Assembly: GCA_963701295.1 (NCBI GenBank)
Contig: OY969585.1
Location: 640,001 to 704,000, forward strand
Reading direction: 5' to 3'
From: Ignavibacteriota bacterium
GTDB taxonomy: Bacteria; Bacteroidota; Ignavibacteria; UBA10030
DNA: 64,000 nucleotides
Shown here one piece after another: positions 40,772-51,214 of this stretch (positions are counted from its first letter, which is position 1; every line of letters begins with the position of its first letter). The notes under the pieces were generated by a model. That model saw only the letters and a list, made by a program, of their open reading frames with translations. It did no database searches and was not told where the DNA came from. Position numbers and translations under genes: made by a program.

Positions 40772-41545
40772 ATGCCTAAAACTCTTACAATACTTTTTGC
40801 GGAAGATGAACCATCCTTCAGACTTGCTGCATCTACATTTCTCTCCTCTCAGGGATTTCAAGTTGAAGTGTGTGAGTCAGGAAAAGCCGCGGTGAAAGCA
40901 CTCGCGCGTTCACAGTTTGATGTTGTGATTCTCGATTACCGCATGCCGGAAATGTCGGGACTGAACGTGCTGCAATGGATGCACGAACAGAAGTTTGAGA
41001 CTCCGGTTATCATGCTCACCGGTGCTGGTTCAGAAACGATTGCTGTTGAGGCACTCAAACTCGGAGCGTATGATTACATACCCAAAGATCACCTCGAGTT
41101 TCATCATCTGCCCATTGTGATCAATGGGGTGTATGAACGCTATTTATTCCGGAAGGAAAAGAGACTTCGCGAAGAATTTGACCGGCACCGAGAAAGCGAT
41201 CGTACAACATTAGATCTTTTTCATTCAACCCTTACTTCGCTCTCTCATATTCTCAATAACTCTCTCTCTTTACTTGCCTTAAGTCTTGAGGAAGATTTCA
41301 AACCTCTTCTTCCGTCCCTTTCGCAAGAAGGACAGCAACATCTTCAAGGCGCATTTGCAGAAATGCGACAGCAATTTGATGTTCTCTCCTCCGGTATAGA
41401 CTCATTACTGGCCCTCTCTCATGCAATACATGAAAAACTCGTTGGCACAAAAAGTTATGAAGAGGTACAACAAGATGTGAGCAGGAGCATGTCTAAACTT
41501 ATAGAAGAACACAAAAATGCCATGAACCATGACACTAGAAGCTGA
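40772..41545 (+). CDS. Receiver + DHp-like protein retaining H-box His (paralog C)
   Basis: FAEDE...LDYRMP receiver domain; LTSLSHILNNSL resembles the HisKA SHE(I/L)NNPL box; no HATPase domain. Confidence 0.82.
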   Translation: MPKTLTILFAEDEPSFRLAASTFLSSQGFQVEVCESGKAAVKALARSQFDVVILDYRMPEMSGLNVLQWMHEQKFETPVIMLTGAGSETIAVEALKLGAYDYIPKDHLEFHHLPIVINGVYERYLFRKEKRLREEFDRHRESDRTTLDLFHSTLTSLSHILNNSLSLLALSLEEDFKPLLPSLSQEGQQHLQGAFAEMRQQFDVLSSGIDSLLALSHAIHEKLVGTKSYEEVQQDVSRSMSKLIEEHKNAMNHDTRS

Positions 41546-42077
41546 ACCGTTGGTGCAGGGTTCTCATATACCCTTCTCCCCCTCCGAGTATTCTTTTACT
41601 CCGAAGTTTCACCTTTTTATCTACCAGAAATTTTTATTCTGCTTGACTATGTTGCCTTTTTTCATCCCTTGAGAAAGCAAACGTGCATAGTTCATATGCA
41701 AAGAGTAAATATATCGATTTATTTCAAGGAGTTCGTTTCGAGAAAATAGTCACACATTTCTCAGATCTTCATCAAAGTTCTCTTATAATGATCGATATGT
41801 ATCTGTAAATATTAAAATTTTTCTGCTTCTTCGGTCTGTGCGAAGTTGTTCAATCGCATCTTGTTTTGTTTCCATCGTCGTTGTTTTTTGGGGAATATTC
41901 GAAGAGTCATTATTTATTCTATTAAATGATGGTTCATACTGAAAGGTTTCTAAGAAATGAATGGAGAATATGCTTTATCGAAGAATTGAAGTGTAAACCC
42001 AACCAGAATTTGTATGCTTGTGCTCTGCAGCAACAGCGCAGATAGTGCAAAGCTATCTATTAACAGCTATGGAAATA

Positions 42078-42662
42078 TCAATTCCTAAATAGTATGTTGA
42101 TTTCTTTTCCGGATATTTCTCTAAAAATGGGCGTTAGGAGAGCTTTTGCATTATTCTTGCACGTTTCTTCATAGCCCGTTTTTCCCGCTTCTTCAATGAT
42201 CGTCATTTCGGCAGTTTTATATGCCTCGTCCACTAAGTTCGCCGTAGAAAATCCACCCCATTCAATATTATATATTTTTGATTTTTCGTGATTGACCTTA
42301 GACATGAGGATCTCCGGCTTCGGTAATGTAATGGTAATCTGAGTTCCGGAATCGGCGATATCATCTCTCTGTACTTTTTCGAGGTCTATTCCTGCAATCA
42401 CTTCACCGGCGATAATCAGGACAGCCTTTGCATTCGGCAAAAAGAACGGCCTTTCACTTGTTTGTTCCAGGACATCCTTGATGTTCACCTTGACTAACTC
42501 AAGTTTTCCCATTTTTTCAATTTTATCAACGGAAAGCAAGTGCTCTGACTTATACTTTTCTGTCATACTCCTATAGAGAACGATGCCTATAATACCGCTG
42601 CCACACACAACGATGATCAAGAGAATGAGGAGAATTAATATTCGTTTCATGGGTATCTCCAT
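42078..42662 (-). CDS. DUF4230 family membrane-anchored protein
   Basis: N-terminal TM; GKLELV, GEVIAGIDL and ITLPKPEI. Confidence 0.75.
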   Translation of the reverse strand: MEIPMKRILILLILLIIVVCGSGIIGIVLYRSMTEKYKSEHLLSVDKIEKMGKLELVKVNIKDVLEQTSERPFFLPNAKAVLIIAGEVIAGIDLEKVQRDDIADSGTQITITLPKPEILMSKVNHEKSKIYNIEWGGFSTANLVDEAYKTAEMTIIEEAGKTGYEETCKNNAKALLTPIFREISGKEINILFRN

Positions 42663-42741
42663 GGAATTGTCTTTGTTGCACTCATAGTGCTATTTCCTCT
42701 AATACTTTTAACACTGTTGTACATTTCAATTCTTGATAAAA

Positions 42742-43788
42742 TCAGGAAGACTGCGTATTCGTTTTAATCGTTCCGACAAGCTTTTCAATAATACTTAGAA
42801 TTTTATCGCCGATGGCATTAAACGCCGATACCGTTTTTGCATCGTCAAGATGAATGCGGATAGAATTTAAATCTGCCATCTTTGCTACGATATCGAGCAC
42901 TTGATTCTTCAGCTCTTCATCGGCATCTGGTGGAGACAAGGAGGTTGTGACTAACAATTGATCGGTGATATGGCTAAGCCGATTTTTTATTTTCCCGAGA
43001 AACGGCTGGAGTAGTTTTTCGCGTTTACCGCCATAGAGCGACGACCACAAGTGATTAAACTCAAGGAGCCTCGTGGCAACAACGTTCTGCCAAGAGTTAT
43101 CACCGGCTTGAAGTGAGGCGGGTGTGATTGTGTTACGAAGCTGAACACCGCCAGCTAAGTTATCATTGAGCAATGAGAGTTCTTTACTTATTCGTTCGAT
43201 ATTTCGGGAAATTTTTTCCACTTCATTGATCAGACCGTGTCCACCGCGCTGAGTAATATTGCTTAATCTCCTGTCAGCGGTCAGATCAAGCACTTGTTCG
43301 GTAACTCTTTGCGTGTCCTTGAGACCTCCATAGAACGAAATCTTGACTTCGTACGTCAAGGGCTGATCGTTTCGTTCGAAAAAGAACGCTGTGGTGGAAT
43401 CGACAAACGTCCTGATATCATGATTGGGTGAAAGAGATGCAATTCCATTTTTGATAATGGCGAGTTCGCTTATGTCTTCTCCGGAATTGCCGATGAGTTT
43501 CGGCCTGAATTGGATCCTGATATCCCTCGCAGTACTTTTACCGATATTTTTCACAACGAGATAGATTATCTTTTCTTCGTATGCAATATCAAAATATACG
43601 ACGACGTACGGCGCAATCTCCTGATCTCTCGCTTCTTTCATCACTTGCAAACTGAGGGCGAACACTTCTGCTGCTGCTTGTGTAGCAGATGAGATGCGCC
43701 ATGTCTTGATGACATAAATGATCAAGATCACCAGAATCAGGATTTGTGTAATTGGAATTACAATTTCAAGAATTTCTTTGCTTATCAT
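42742..43788 (-). CDS. Hypothetical protein with N-terminal TM helix
   Basis: 348-aa ORF; TM segment followed by PYVVVYF...VKNIGKSTARDI. Confidence 0.65.
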   Translation of the reverse strand: MISKEILEIVIPITQILILVILIIYVIKTWRISSATQAAAEVFALSLQVMKEARDQEIAPYVVVYFDIAYEEKIIYLVVKNIGKSTARDIRIQFRPKLIGNSGEDISELAIIKNGIASLSPNHDIRTFVDSTTAFFFERNDQPLTYEVKISFYGGLKDTQRVTEQVLDLTADRRLSNITQRGGHGLINEVEKISRNIERISKELSLLNDNLAGGVQLRNTITPASLQAGDNSWQNVVATRLLEFNHLWSSLYGGKREKLLQPFLGKIKNRLSHITDQLLVTTSLSPPDADEELKNQVLDIVAKMADLNSIRIHLDDAKTVSAFNAIGDKILSIIEKLVGTIKTNTQSS

Positions 43789-43945
43789 AAGCGAATCCTT
43801 CTTCGAGAGAGGGATAACACAATACTTTTTATTGATTTTCGGTCTACTTGCCCATTTGAAAGCATTGCTATAGAAAGTTTCTTGTGAAAATGGTACCCAG
43901 TTTTCTATTCAATCGCAATACAAAATCCTAGAAAAAAGTTAGCAG

Positions 43946-43986
43946 GAAAAAATAAAGCCCGAACGTTCAACGAACCCTCGGGCTTT
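43946..43986 (-). terminator. Probable intrinsic terminator after the DUF3078 gene
   Basis: AAAGCCCGA...TCGGGCTTT stem followed by a T-run on the minus strand. Confidence 0.55.
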
Positions 43987-44009
43987 CTTTCAAGACAATG
44001 ATTCTCTCT

Positions 44010-44858
44010 TTACATCAGCGTGTAGTTGAATCCTAACGCAAGAGTCTGTTTAATCTGTGTCCTCGCCTGCACTTGAGGGTCGTTGAGAAGATAGACATTC
44101 AGGTTCATGGAAAGGAATTTATTCACTTTTGCCGAAAGCGTATTGTCACTTCGAATGGTTGTTAGATTAAAATGCTTCACTGGCGCGAATATTTCCAATT
44201 TGGCATTGAGAACAACATTTTCCATCACGGTCCATCCGACTTCTGTAACCGATTCCACACCGCTTTCAACCTTCACAGTTTTTGTTGAATCGCCAATGTA
44301 TGCCTTCGCATAATTCTTTGCAATAGTTTCACGCAAAGCAGCACCCAAGCGTGTTTTAACTATCGGGCCGGGCTGATATCCAACACCCACGGTTTGCATA
44401 ATATACGCCGGATCAAAAAAGTTAGAGACCTGTATGGCGTGACCTGTCGCATCGTACAAGACACCTTCTGCAAATTGAGTGTTCAAGGAAGCGGATGCAA
44501 ACGGGTTAATATATGTTCCGATTTTATAGGTCAGGACACTTCCCAGATCGATCTTGTCATCCGTTTTTCGGATGCTTTGTGACCCAAGTTTCGCCTGTCC
44601 ATAACCGAATTTATACTCATTCACCCATTCGATCACATTGACTGCATATGTGGATTTCCCTTCCAGAAACAACGCATACGCAAGAGCATTTTCACCGCCT
44701 TGCGCCCAATCGGTGAACGATACTTGCGTAATATTTGCACTGATAATCATCGTGTGCTTCCACGACGTGTCAGCCGATGCAGGTAATACGGATTTGGAGT
44801 CTTGCGCTAGAGCAGCGCTTGCAGCAACCAATAACAATAACGATATCATGGTTTTCAT
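44010..44858 (-). CDS. DUF3078 family outer-membrane beta-barrel protein
   Basis: Signal peptide from ATG 44858; QVSFTDWAQGGENA, RKTDDKI and terminal LGFNY. Confidence 0.78.
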   Translation of the reverse strand: MKTMISLLLLVAASAALAQDSKSVLPASADTSWKHTMIISANITQVSFTDWAQGGENALAYALFLEGKSTYAVNVIEWVNEYKFGYGQAKLGSQSIRKTDDKIDLGSVLTYKIGTYINPFASASLNTQFAEGVLYDATGHAIQVSNFFDPAYIMQTVGVGYQPGPIVKTRLGAALRETIAKNYAKAYIGDSTKTVKVESGVESVTEVGWTVMENVVLNAKLEIFAPVKHFNLTTIRSDNTLSAKVNKFLSMNLNVYLLNDPQVQARTQIKQTLALGFNYTLM

Positions 44859-44886
44859 AACATTCCTCGTATGATAGATGTGGATA

Positions 44887-45309
44887 CTATTTAAGAGCGG
44901 CTGTACAATGTCCACAACGTTTTGCATTAAGAGGGATCACCATCATGCATTCTGGACATTCTTTCGTTGTGGGGATTGCCGGTGCAGGTTCCGGTTTCTT
45001 CACCAATCGGTTCATCGCCTGAATAATTACGAACATTGCGAATGCGACAATCAGAAAATCTATGAGAATATTAATAAATATTCCATATTTAATCACGACG
45101 GCTGCGTGATCTGCGGCGGCTTCCTTAATGGTAATGCCAAGACTGCTGAAATCCATCCCTCCGACAAGCAAGCCGATTGGGGGCATTAAAATATCGCCGA
45201 CGAGCGAACTAATAATCTTGCCAAACGATGCGCCGATAATAATACCGATCGCCATATCGACAACATTTCCGCGCATTGCAAATGATTTGAATTCTTTCAA
45301 CAATGACAT
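44887..45309 (-). CDS. mscL: Large-conductance mechanosensitive channel
   Basis: [23 protein letters not shown] and YGIFIN...DFLIVAF. Confidence 0.95.
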   Translation of the reverse strand: MSLLKEFKSFAMRGNVVDMAIGIIIGASFGKIISSLVGDILMPPIGLLVGGMDFSSLGITIKEAAADHAAVVIKYGIFINILIDFLIVAFAMFVIIQAMNRLVKKPEPAPAIPTTKECPECMMVIPLNAKRCGHCTAALK

Positions 45310-45527
45310 ACAACCTCCTTTATTGATTGTGTAAATATATATCGAGAAAAAATATTTATTATTCGTAATTGGTAAACACGGACTAAAACAGTAATGTATA
45401 GCTAAATAGTTCCATATATAGAGAATGCTTTTTTTGAAAAGAAGTCAAATTCCCGTAGGTATGTTTAGAATGATTTGGCATGAGAAACTTGTTTAGTGCT
45501 GACAATTTAAGACGTTTTATATTCCTT

Positions 45528-45908
45528 CTACTTTTTACTTTCCAGCACCACAAAAGCAACAACTGTATTGTCGGTATGAGAGAGCGAAAGATGAACTGTA
45601 CACTGGTCCAATGCCTTGGCAACATCGCGGGATAACAGAATGTGCGGCGCTCCGGATTGATCGTTTATTACTTCGATATCTCTCCAATGAAACGCCCCAC
45701 TCCAGCCAGTGCGCATGGCTTTTGCTACTGCTTCCTTGGCAGCAAACCGCGCACCGAAATGAATGTATGGTTTCTTACGGGTTTTGCAATAGGCCACTTC
45801 CATGTCACTAAACACTTTATCGAGAAACACTTTTCCTTGTTTCTCCAGCACCTCTTTCATCCGCTGCACATCCACTACATCCACACCGATACCGAGGATA
45901 TTACTCAT
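45528..45908 (-). CDS. acpS: Holo-ACP synthase
   Basis: GIGVDVV, ARFAAKEAVAKA and LSLSHT. Confidence 0.95.
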   Translation of the reverse strand: MSNILGIGVDVVDVQRMKEVLEKQGKVFLDKVFSDMEVAYCKTRKKPYIHFGARFAAKEAVAKAMRTGWSGAFHWRDIEVINDQSGAPHILLSRDVAKALDQCTVHLSLSHTDNTVVAFVVLESKK

Positions 45909-46597
45909 AGCTGCACGTTCCGATTTTCCTCTTTGACGATATCGATGAGCTGAGTGATGTCGTCAATATCATAATTGGCATTGGATATCTCTGTACCGAA
46001 AGTGTTGCCGTACCGTGCAAAAACTGTTTTCATCCCAACTTGTGCCGCGCCAAGCACATCGCGTTCAGCCCAATCTCCCACCATGAGGGCTTCACCAGGC
46101 TCTATCTGCAGCATCTCCAATACTTTTAGGAATGGCTCCGGATTTGGCTTCCGTTTGCCGGTATCATCGAATGTGACAATCGCATCGAAGAGGTGATGAA
46201 AGTTGAGATAACAAAGGCGAAGCCACGCTTCCTTGCCCGGTGCATCCGAGACAACTCCAAGTTTTAACTGCATCTTCGAAAGCTTAATGAGTGTCATCGT
46301 GACGTGCGGATATGGAACAAGTGCTGCTTCCCGCGCACGGCGGTATGCGATGACACCGGCGGAAAGGATTTTATGATCGACCTTGCTGAACTCGCGGTAG
46401 AGCAATTCATCGAAAACACTTTGGAATTCAATTCCACGCTCTTTATAAATCTGATCGATACGCTGGCGGATTTCATCTGTGGAAAGTTTGAGCCCTGCAT
46501 CGCGCATAGCATTAATAGCTGCATCGATAGCTTGATTTTTCATCAGCATAAAGTCGACAAGTGTATTATCTAAATCGAAAATGACAGCTTTGAGCAT
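45905..46597 (-). CDS. HAD-superfamily hydrolase
   Basis: FDLDNTL, KRKPNP and VGDWAERD. Confidence 0.88.
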   Translation of the reverse strand: MLKAVIFDLDNTLVDFMLMKNQAIDAAINAMRDAGLKLSTDEIRQRIDQIYKERGIEFQSVFDELLYREFSKVDHKILSAGVIAYRRAREAALVPYPHVTMTLIKLSKMQLKLGVVSDAPGKEAWLRLCYLNFHHLFDAIVTFDDTGKRKPNPEPFLKVLEMLQIEPGEALMVGDWAERDVLGAAQVGMKTVFARYGNTFGTEISNANYDIDDITQLIDIVKEENRNVQL

Positions 46598-46698
46598 GAT
46601 AACATTCAGCTTTCAGCAGTCAGCAATTGACCGTTCATGCGTGGTGCATGAACCAACACAATTTGACCCTTCATCATTTGTTCCCCAAAACCCTCAGT

Positions 46699-47124
46699 TC
46701 AGCTCTGTTCGAGAATGAATTCCACTGCCAATTCATACCCCCGCGCACCGAAGCCTGCGATAACTCCTTTGCATACGGGTGCAATGACTGACTCACGCCG
46801 GAATTCCTCACGCGTATGGATATTACTCAAGTGCACTTCAATGACCGGAACCTTCAACGCAGCAGCAGCATCACGGATAGCGTATGAGTAATGCGTAAAT
46901 GCTCCAGGATTCAGCACAACACCGCCGATGGAACCATCCAGCCCCTTGTGCAGAGCATCGATGATGGGACCCTCGCTATTCGATTGGTAGAATTCTAGTT
47001 TTACTTTCGGAAATTTTTCCTTCAACCTATTCTCAATATCCCACAGGGTCATGGTACCATAAATTTCCGGTTCACGTTTGCCGAGAATATCAAGATTCGG
47101 TCCGTTAATAATAAGAATACGCAT
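46699..47124 (-). CDS. aroQ: Type II 3-dehydroquinate dehydratase
   Basis: INGPNLDILGKREPEIYG, NPGAFTHYS and EVHLSNIHTREEFR. Confidence 0.95.
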   Translation of the reverse strand: MRILIINGPNLDILGKREPEIYGTMTLWDIENRLKEKFPKVKLEFYQSNSEGPIIDALHKGLDGSIGGVVLNPGAFTHYSYAIRDAAAALKVPVIEVHLSNIHTREEFRRESVIAPVCKGVIAGFGARGYELAVEFILEQS

Positions 47125-47305
47125 AGTGTTTATCCTTTGCTAAATCTTTACACAGAAGACAGAATTCTGAAATCAGAAAGAATGAATCTCCAATCCAAAG
47201 CAATACATCATACACAATATCCAAATTTCAAAGCTCAAATTCCATTTTCATTTTGGATATTGTCGTTTGAAATTTTCTGTCTATTCGTATAGTCTCTTGA
47301 TGCCA

Positions 47306-47572
47306 TCAGGTTTTTGCTGTACGTGCAAGTTCATCTTCTATATATTCACGCACAGCGGGCTTCAGGTACATTTCATCAATACCAACTTCTGCAAGTCCTT
47401 GCGCCAACACAGATATGCGGCGTGCCAGTGCCAACCGTTTATTGATAACAATGAGGCGTTCCGCCTTCAGCACACAATAGCCGCCATCGAAATCCCCTTT
47501 TTCGTAACGGATGGAGATTCCGCAGTTCAATGCAAGCTGTTCAAGTTCAGAGAGAATTTGTTCGTGGGTCAT
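47306..47572 (-). CDS. Small hypothetical protein
   Basis: 88-aa ORF (IRYEKGDFDGGYC...YLKPAVRE) co-oriented with its neighbours. Confidence 0.7.
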   Translation of the reverse strand: MTHEQILSELEQLALNCGISIRYEKGDFDGGYCVLKAERLIVINKRLALARRISVLAQGLAEVGIDEMYLKPAVREYIEDELARTAKT

Positions 47573-47691
47573 CTGTATCTCTTGTTTCTATCGTAATTCT
47601 ACATATAATGTGCTTATGAAACTTATCGCATTTTGATGTGATGTGCAATATGGCAAAGAGCAACAGGCTTTTAATCCTAAACAATTTTTTT

Positions 47692-48636
47692 CTACCCGCT
47701 CCTCTCTCTTTTTACCTCCCACATTTTTCTTCGTTTTTCCCACCATAATTGAATTTTTTTGCCGCTCCAAATCGTAAACACAAAAAAGAGAACTCCGCCC
47801 AAGAGATCAATAATGTAATGATAACGTAGATAGACTGTGCCTACAATGAGCAATCCAGCAAGGGTAGTCATAATCCAGCGTGTCTTGAGCTTATACCAAT
47901 GGCCTACATAAACAACAATGAGTGTGAGCTGCGTATGACCGCTGGGAAAGACATCGCGCTGAACATGTTCGGCTGCATTAGCCATAGTGAATGAAATCGA
48001 CTCGCCTGCGTTGATAAAGTCCCTCATCCATGATGTGAAGAAAAGACCTGGCAATTCTTTGTTGATCGCATAAAAATCATGAAGTGTGAATCGCGGTCCG
48101 ATAGCCGGCAGAAGAAAATATCCGAGATAGGAAAGATAGAATCCGTACACGACAAGAAATGCACCATGATCAAACTCCTCAATCGTATACCTGCAGTAGA
48201 GCTCCACTCCGAGCAGAATGAAAAGAATGTAATACGAAAAATAGGCGATCTGAAATATTTCCGTCAACACCGGATTGGCAAATTGCATTATCCATTGCGT
48301 CGGATTCACACCGAAGATCCACCGGTCGATGGAAATAAAGAGCCAATCATAATCCACTGGATGGATGGTGTGCACCATAAGATAAATTTCTTTGAAGACG
48401 AAGAGAATAAAAGGATACGCGTACAAGCGATGTAAGCCAATGAACAGCCTAGTCTTTTTTGTCTCAGCCCAATAAGCCAGTGTGAAAATTATTGCTATAA
48501 CCGCTACATCGATGGCAATAATCTCCAGCCAAGAAGAGACCCTGCTGAAGAAGACAAGATTGAGTCCGATGAGAAACAATAAGAAGACGATGGAGACAAC
48601 ATCTACAGAAGACAGATAAGAGATAATTTTTTTCAT
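47692..48636 (-). CDS. PAP2/Aur1-like membrane phosphatase or phosphotransferase
   Basis: PAIGPR, DVFPSGH and YLRYHYIID motifs; multiple TM segments. Confidence 0.85.
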   Translation of the reverse strand: MKKIISYLSSVDVVSIVFLLFLIGLNLVFFSRVSSWLEIIAIDVAVIAIIFTLAYWAETKKTRLFIGLHRLYAYPFILFVFKEIYLMVHTIHPVDYDWLFISIDRWIFGVNPTQWIMQFANPVLTEIFQIAYFSYYILFILLGVELYCRYTIEEFDHGAFLVVYGFYLSYLGYFLLPAIGPRFTLHDFYAINKELPGLFFTSWMRDFINAGESISFTMANAAEHVQRDVFPSGHTQLTLIVVYVGHWYKLKTRWIMTTLAGLLIVGTVYLRYHYIIDLLGGVLFFVFTIWSGKKIQLWWEKRRKMWEVKRERSG

Positions 48637-49415
48637 TGTTTCATAATATTGTTAATTGAGTCAGACAAGTTCAGAAATTCATCTACACTCAAATCCTCCG
48701 GCCTTTTCTTCAAATCAAAGTGTATCTGATCAAGTACGGAATCATCGAGATTGAGAGATTTCAATCCATTACGCAGTGTTTTTCGACGCTTACCGAATGT
48801 TGCGCGGACGATCGAGCGAAACAAATTTTCATCAACCAGCGGCAATTGGTCTTTAAAATTCAATCGCACAACAGCGGAATCCACTTCCGGCTTTGGGTGA
48901 AAACAATTCCTCGAAACCTTAAAGAGTATCTCGCACTCAGTATAGAACTGCGTGAAGACCGACAGGATGCCGTATTCCTTATTTTTCGGAGGAGCAACAA
49001 GCCGATGCGCGACTTCCAACTGCATCATAATGGTTGCATCGGTGACAACCATTCGCGCATCGAAGAGCCAAAAAAGAATTTCACTCGTTAAATAATATGG
49101 AATATTACCGACAATTCTGAGTTTTTTCCGATGCTTCTGTGAAATTTCCCGAAGATCAACATCTAACACATTGACGTGGAGAATGGTCATCTTTGCGCCA
49201 CACCTGTGCTGTAACAATTCTATTGCTCTCTTGTCAACTTCAATGCCGATAAGTGTGATCGGAAGGTCAATAAGATGTTTCGTCAGCGCACCTTGTCCCG
49301 GTCCGATTTCAATGACGATGTCACCATCGCGGAGATTGAGACCTTCCACTACCTTTCGAAGGATATTTTCATCTCTCAGAAAGTTTTGGCCAAGTGATTT
49401 AATGGGTTTGAACAC
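48633..49415 (-). CDS. rsmA: 16S rRNA m6,2A dimethyltransferase
   Basis: KSLGQNFL, EIGPGQGALT, GNIPYY and FGKRRKTLRN. Confidence 0.95.
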   Translation of the reverse strand: MFKPIKSLGQNFLRDENILRKVVEGLNLRDGDIVIEIGPGQGALTKHLIDLPITLIGIEVDKRAIELLQHRCGAKMTILHVNVLDVDLREISQKHRKKLRIVGNIPYYLTSEILFWLFDARMVVTDATIMMQLEVAHRLVAPPKNKEYGILSVFTQFYTECEILFKVSRNCFHPKPEVDSAVVRLNFKDQLPLVDENLFRSIVRATFGKRRKTLRNGLKSLNLDDSVLDQIHFDLKKRPEDLSVDEFLNLSDSINNIMKQ

Positions 49416-49524
49416 GCTGGATTCCGTGATAATGACGAGACAATATACCGAAGAGTATGAGGAAGTTCAATGAACTAAGTTCTGGATCAACAATTCGATT
49501 GCTGAGATCCGCGCCGGCAGCATG

Positions 49525-50733
49525 TTACTTTACAACTGTCAACACTTCCTTTAGTGCATCTCCAAGAATCTGAATTCCTTTTTCGATCTTCTCTTCCGGC
49601 GTGTGTGAATATGCCAATCTGAAATGAGAATTATCTTTGCCTTCAGGATCAAATGTTTTTCCGACAACGAAGACCGCACCCTTTTCAATGCTGCTCTTGA
49701 GTACTGCCATAATATCAAGCTGCGGCGGTAATTTCAGCCATATATAAAATCCGCCTCTTGGCTCGTTCCAAGTAATTTCTTCTGGAAAATATTTTCGTAT
49801 TGCGGCAGCCATCGTGTCTTTTCGCCGTTTATATATCACACGCATCCGCTCGATGTACTTTTCCATCTTGCCGCTTCGCAGAAACTCATTCGCCAGGACC
49901 TGCGTAAAGTTGGGAGAACATGCATCCATCGATTGTTTGACCAGTTCTGCTTTTTGATATATCTCAGGAGGTACAAGCATCCATCCCAGCCGGAAACCAG
50001 GCCCAAGAATTTTGGAGAACGTCCCCGTGTAACAGATTGTCAGTTCGTTTTCGTATAAGGCCTTCATCGGCACAACTCTTTTTCGAGCTTCGTCATCGAA
50101 ATACAATTCGCCGTACGCATCGTCTTCAATCAACGGCAAATCGTGCTCTTTCAGCACGGGTACGAGTTCTTTCTTCCTTTGCTCTGTGTACAGCGTACCG
50201 GCTGGATTGTGAAAATTCGGTGTAATATATAAAATTTTTGGAGGCACGGATTTATTTCGTTCGAGAAACGCTTTGAGCGATCGAACATCAATGCCGTTTT
50301 CATTCAAGTCGATGCCATGGATGTCTGCTTGATACGATTTGAATGCCGAGATGCCGCCGATGAAACACGGATTCTCCGTTACTACCGTGTCTTCAGGATC
50401 GATAAATACTTTACCAAGAATGTTAATCGCTTGCAACGATCCCGTTGTTATCATCAATTTATTTGTCTCAACCGGCATGCCTTTCTTTTTCAGGTATACT
50501 TTCAGCGATTCAAGAAGCGGTGGATAGCCGGGAGTTGGGCCGTACTGAAAAGCTGTTCGCTTGATATCGAGAGGCAAATGATTATAAATCTCATCGATCT
50601 CTTCCACCGGAAACAGTTCATTCCCCGGCATCCCGCCGGCAAAGGAAATTATGTCCGGGTGAGTTGCAAGTCCCATAAGGTCACGAATCTCTGATGTGCG
50701 AAGAGAGGAAACAGATTTTGAAAAACGAATCAT
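49525..50733 (-). CDS. Class I/II PLP aminotransferase (LysN/ARO8-like)
   Basis: SEIRDL, ISFAGGMP, PNFHNPAG, EDDAYGEL and TFSKILGPGFRLGW. Confidence 0.88.
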   Translation of the reverse strand: MIRFSKSVSSLRTSEIRDLMGLATHPDIISFAGGMPGNELFPVEEIDEIYNHLPLDIKRTAFQYGPTPGYPPLLESLKVYLKKKGMPVETNKLMITTGSLQAINILGKVFIDPEDTVVTENPCFIGGISAFKSYQADIHGIDLNENGIDVRSLKAFLERNKSVPPKILYITPNFHNPAGTLYTEQRKKELVPVLKEHDLPLIEDDAYGELYFDDEARKRVVPMKALYENELTICYTGTFSKILGPGFRLGWMLVPPEIYQKAELVKQSMDACSPNFTQVLANEFLRSGKMEKYIERMRVIYKRRKDTMAAAIRKYFPEEITWNEPRGGFYIWLKLPPQLDIMAVLKSSIEKGAVFVVGKTFDPEGKDNSHFRLAYSHTPEEKIEKGIQILGDALKEVLTVVK

Positions 50734-50782
50734 AGACTTTGAATTTCAGAATTGTTTATGATTTGAGTTTTGGGTTTTTTCT

Positions 50783-51208
50783 CTAAAGTTCATAAATCTC
50801 GCTTGCTCTCAGCAATTCCAATTTGTGTTTCTGTAAAACTGTGATGGTTTGCTGAACCGCTTCGGTGCGGATAATGACCGTCGCACGATCGCTTAAGGCA
50901 AATGCGTACATATATTCCACGCTGATTCCTTCAGAGGAAAGAATTTGCAGCGCTCTATGCAATCCTCCCGGTTCGTTGGGAACCACCAAACCGATAACTT
51001 CTGTAATGTGAACAGAAAGCCCCTTTGCCTTCAGCAATTGTTCTGCTTGTTCCGGCTTGCTGACAATCATCCGGAGGATGCCATAATCAGCCGTGTCAGC
51101 TACGCTGAACGCGGAAATATTAATAGACGCGGAAGCCAGCGCTTCCGTTACTTCGGTCAGGCGTCCTGATTTATTTTCCAGGAAGATAGAAAGTTGTTTG
51201 ATTTTCAT
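50783..51208 (-). CDS. Double ACT domain protein
   Basis: QLSIFLENKSGRL, ADTADYGILR and PGGL...VEYMYAF. Confidence 0.88.
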   Translation of the reverse strand: MKIKQLSIFLENKSGRLTEVTEALASASINISAFSVADTADYGILRMIVSKPEQAEQLLKAKGLSVHITEVIGLVVPNEPGGLHRALQILSSEGISVEYMYAFALSDRATVIIRTEAVQQTITVLQKHKLELLRASEIYEL

Positions 51209-51214
51209 AAGTAC

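Noticed and set aside
41546-42077. 530-bp gap with ~30-codon minus-strand ORFs
   Set aside because: No recognisable protein motif or stable RNA structure.
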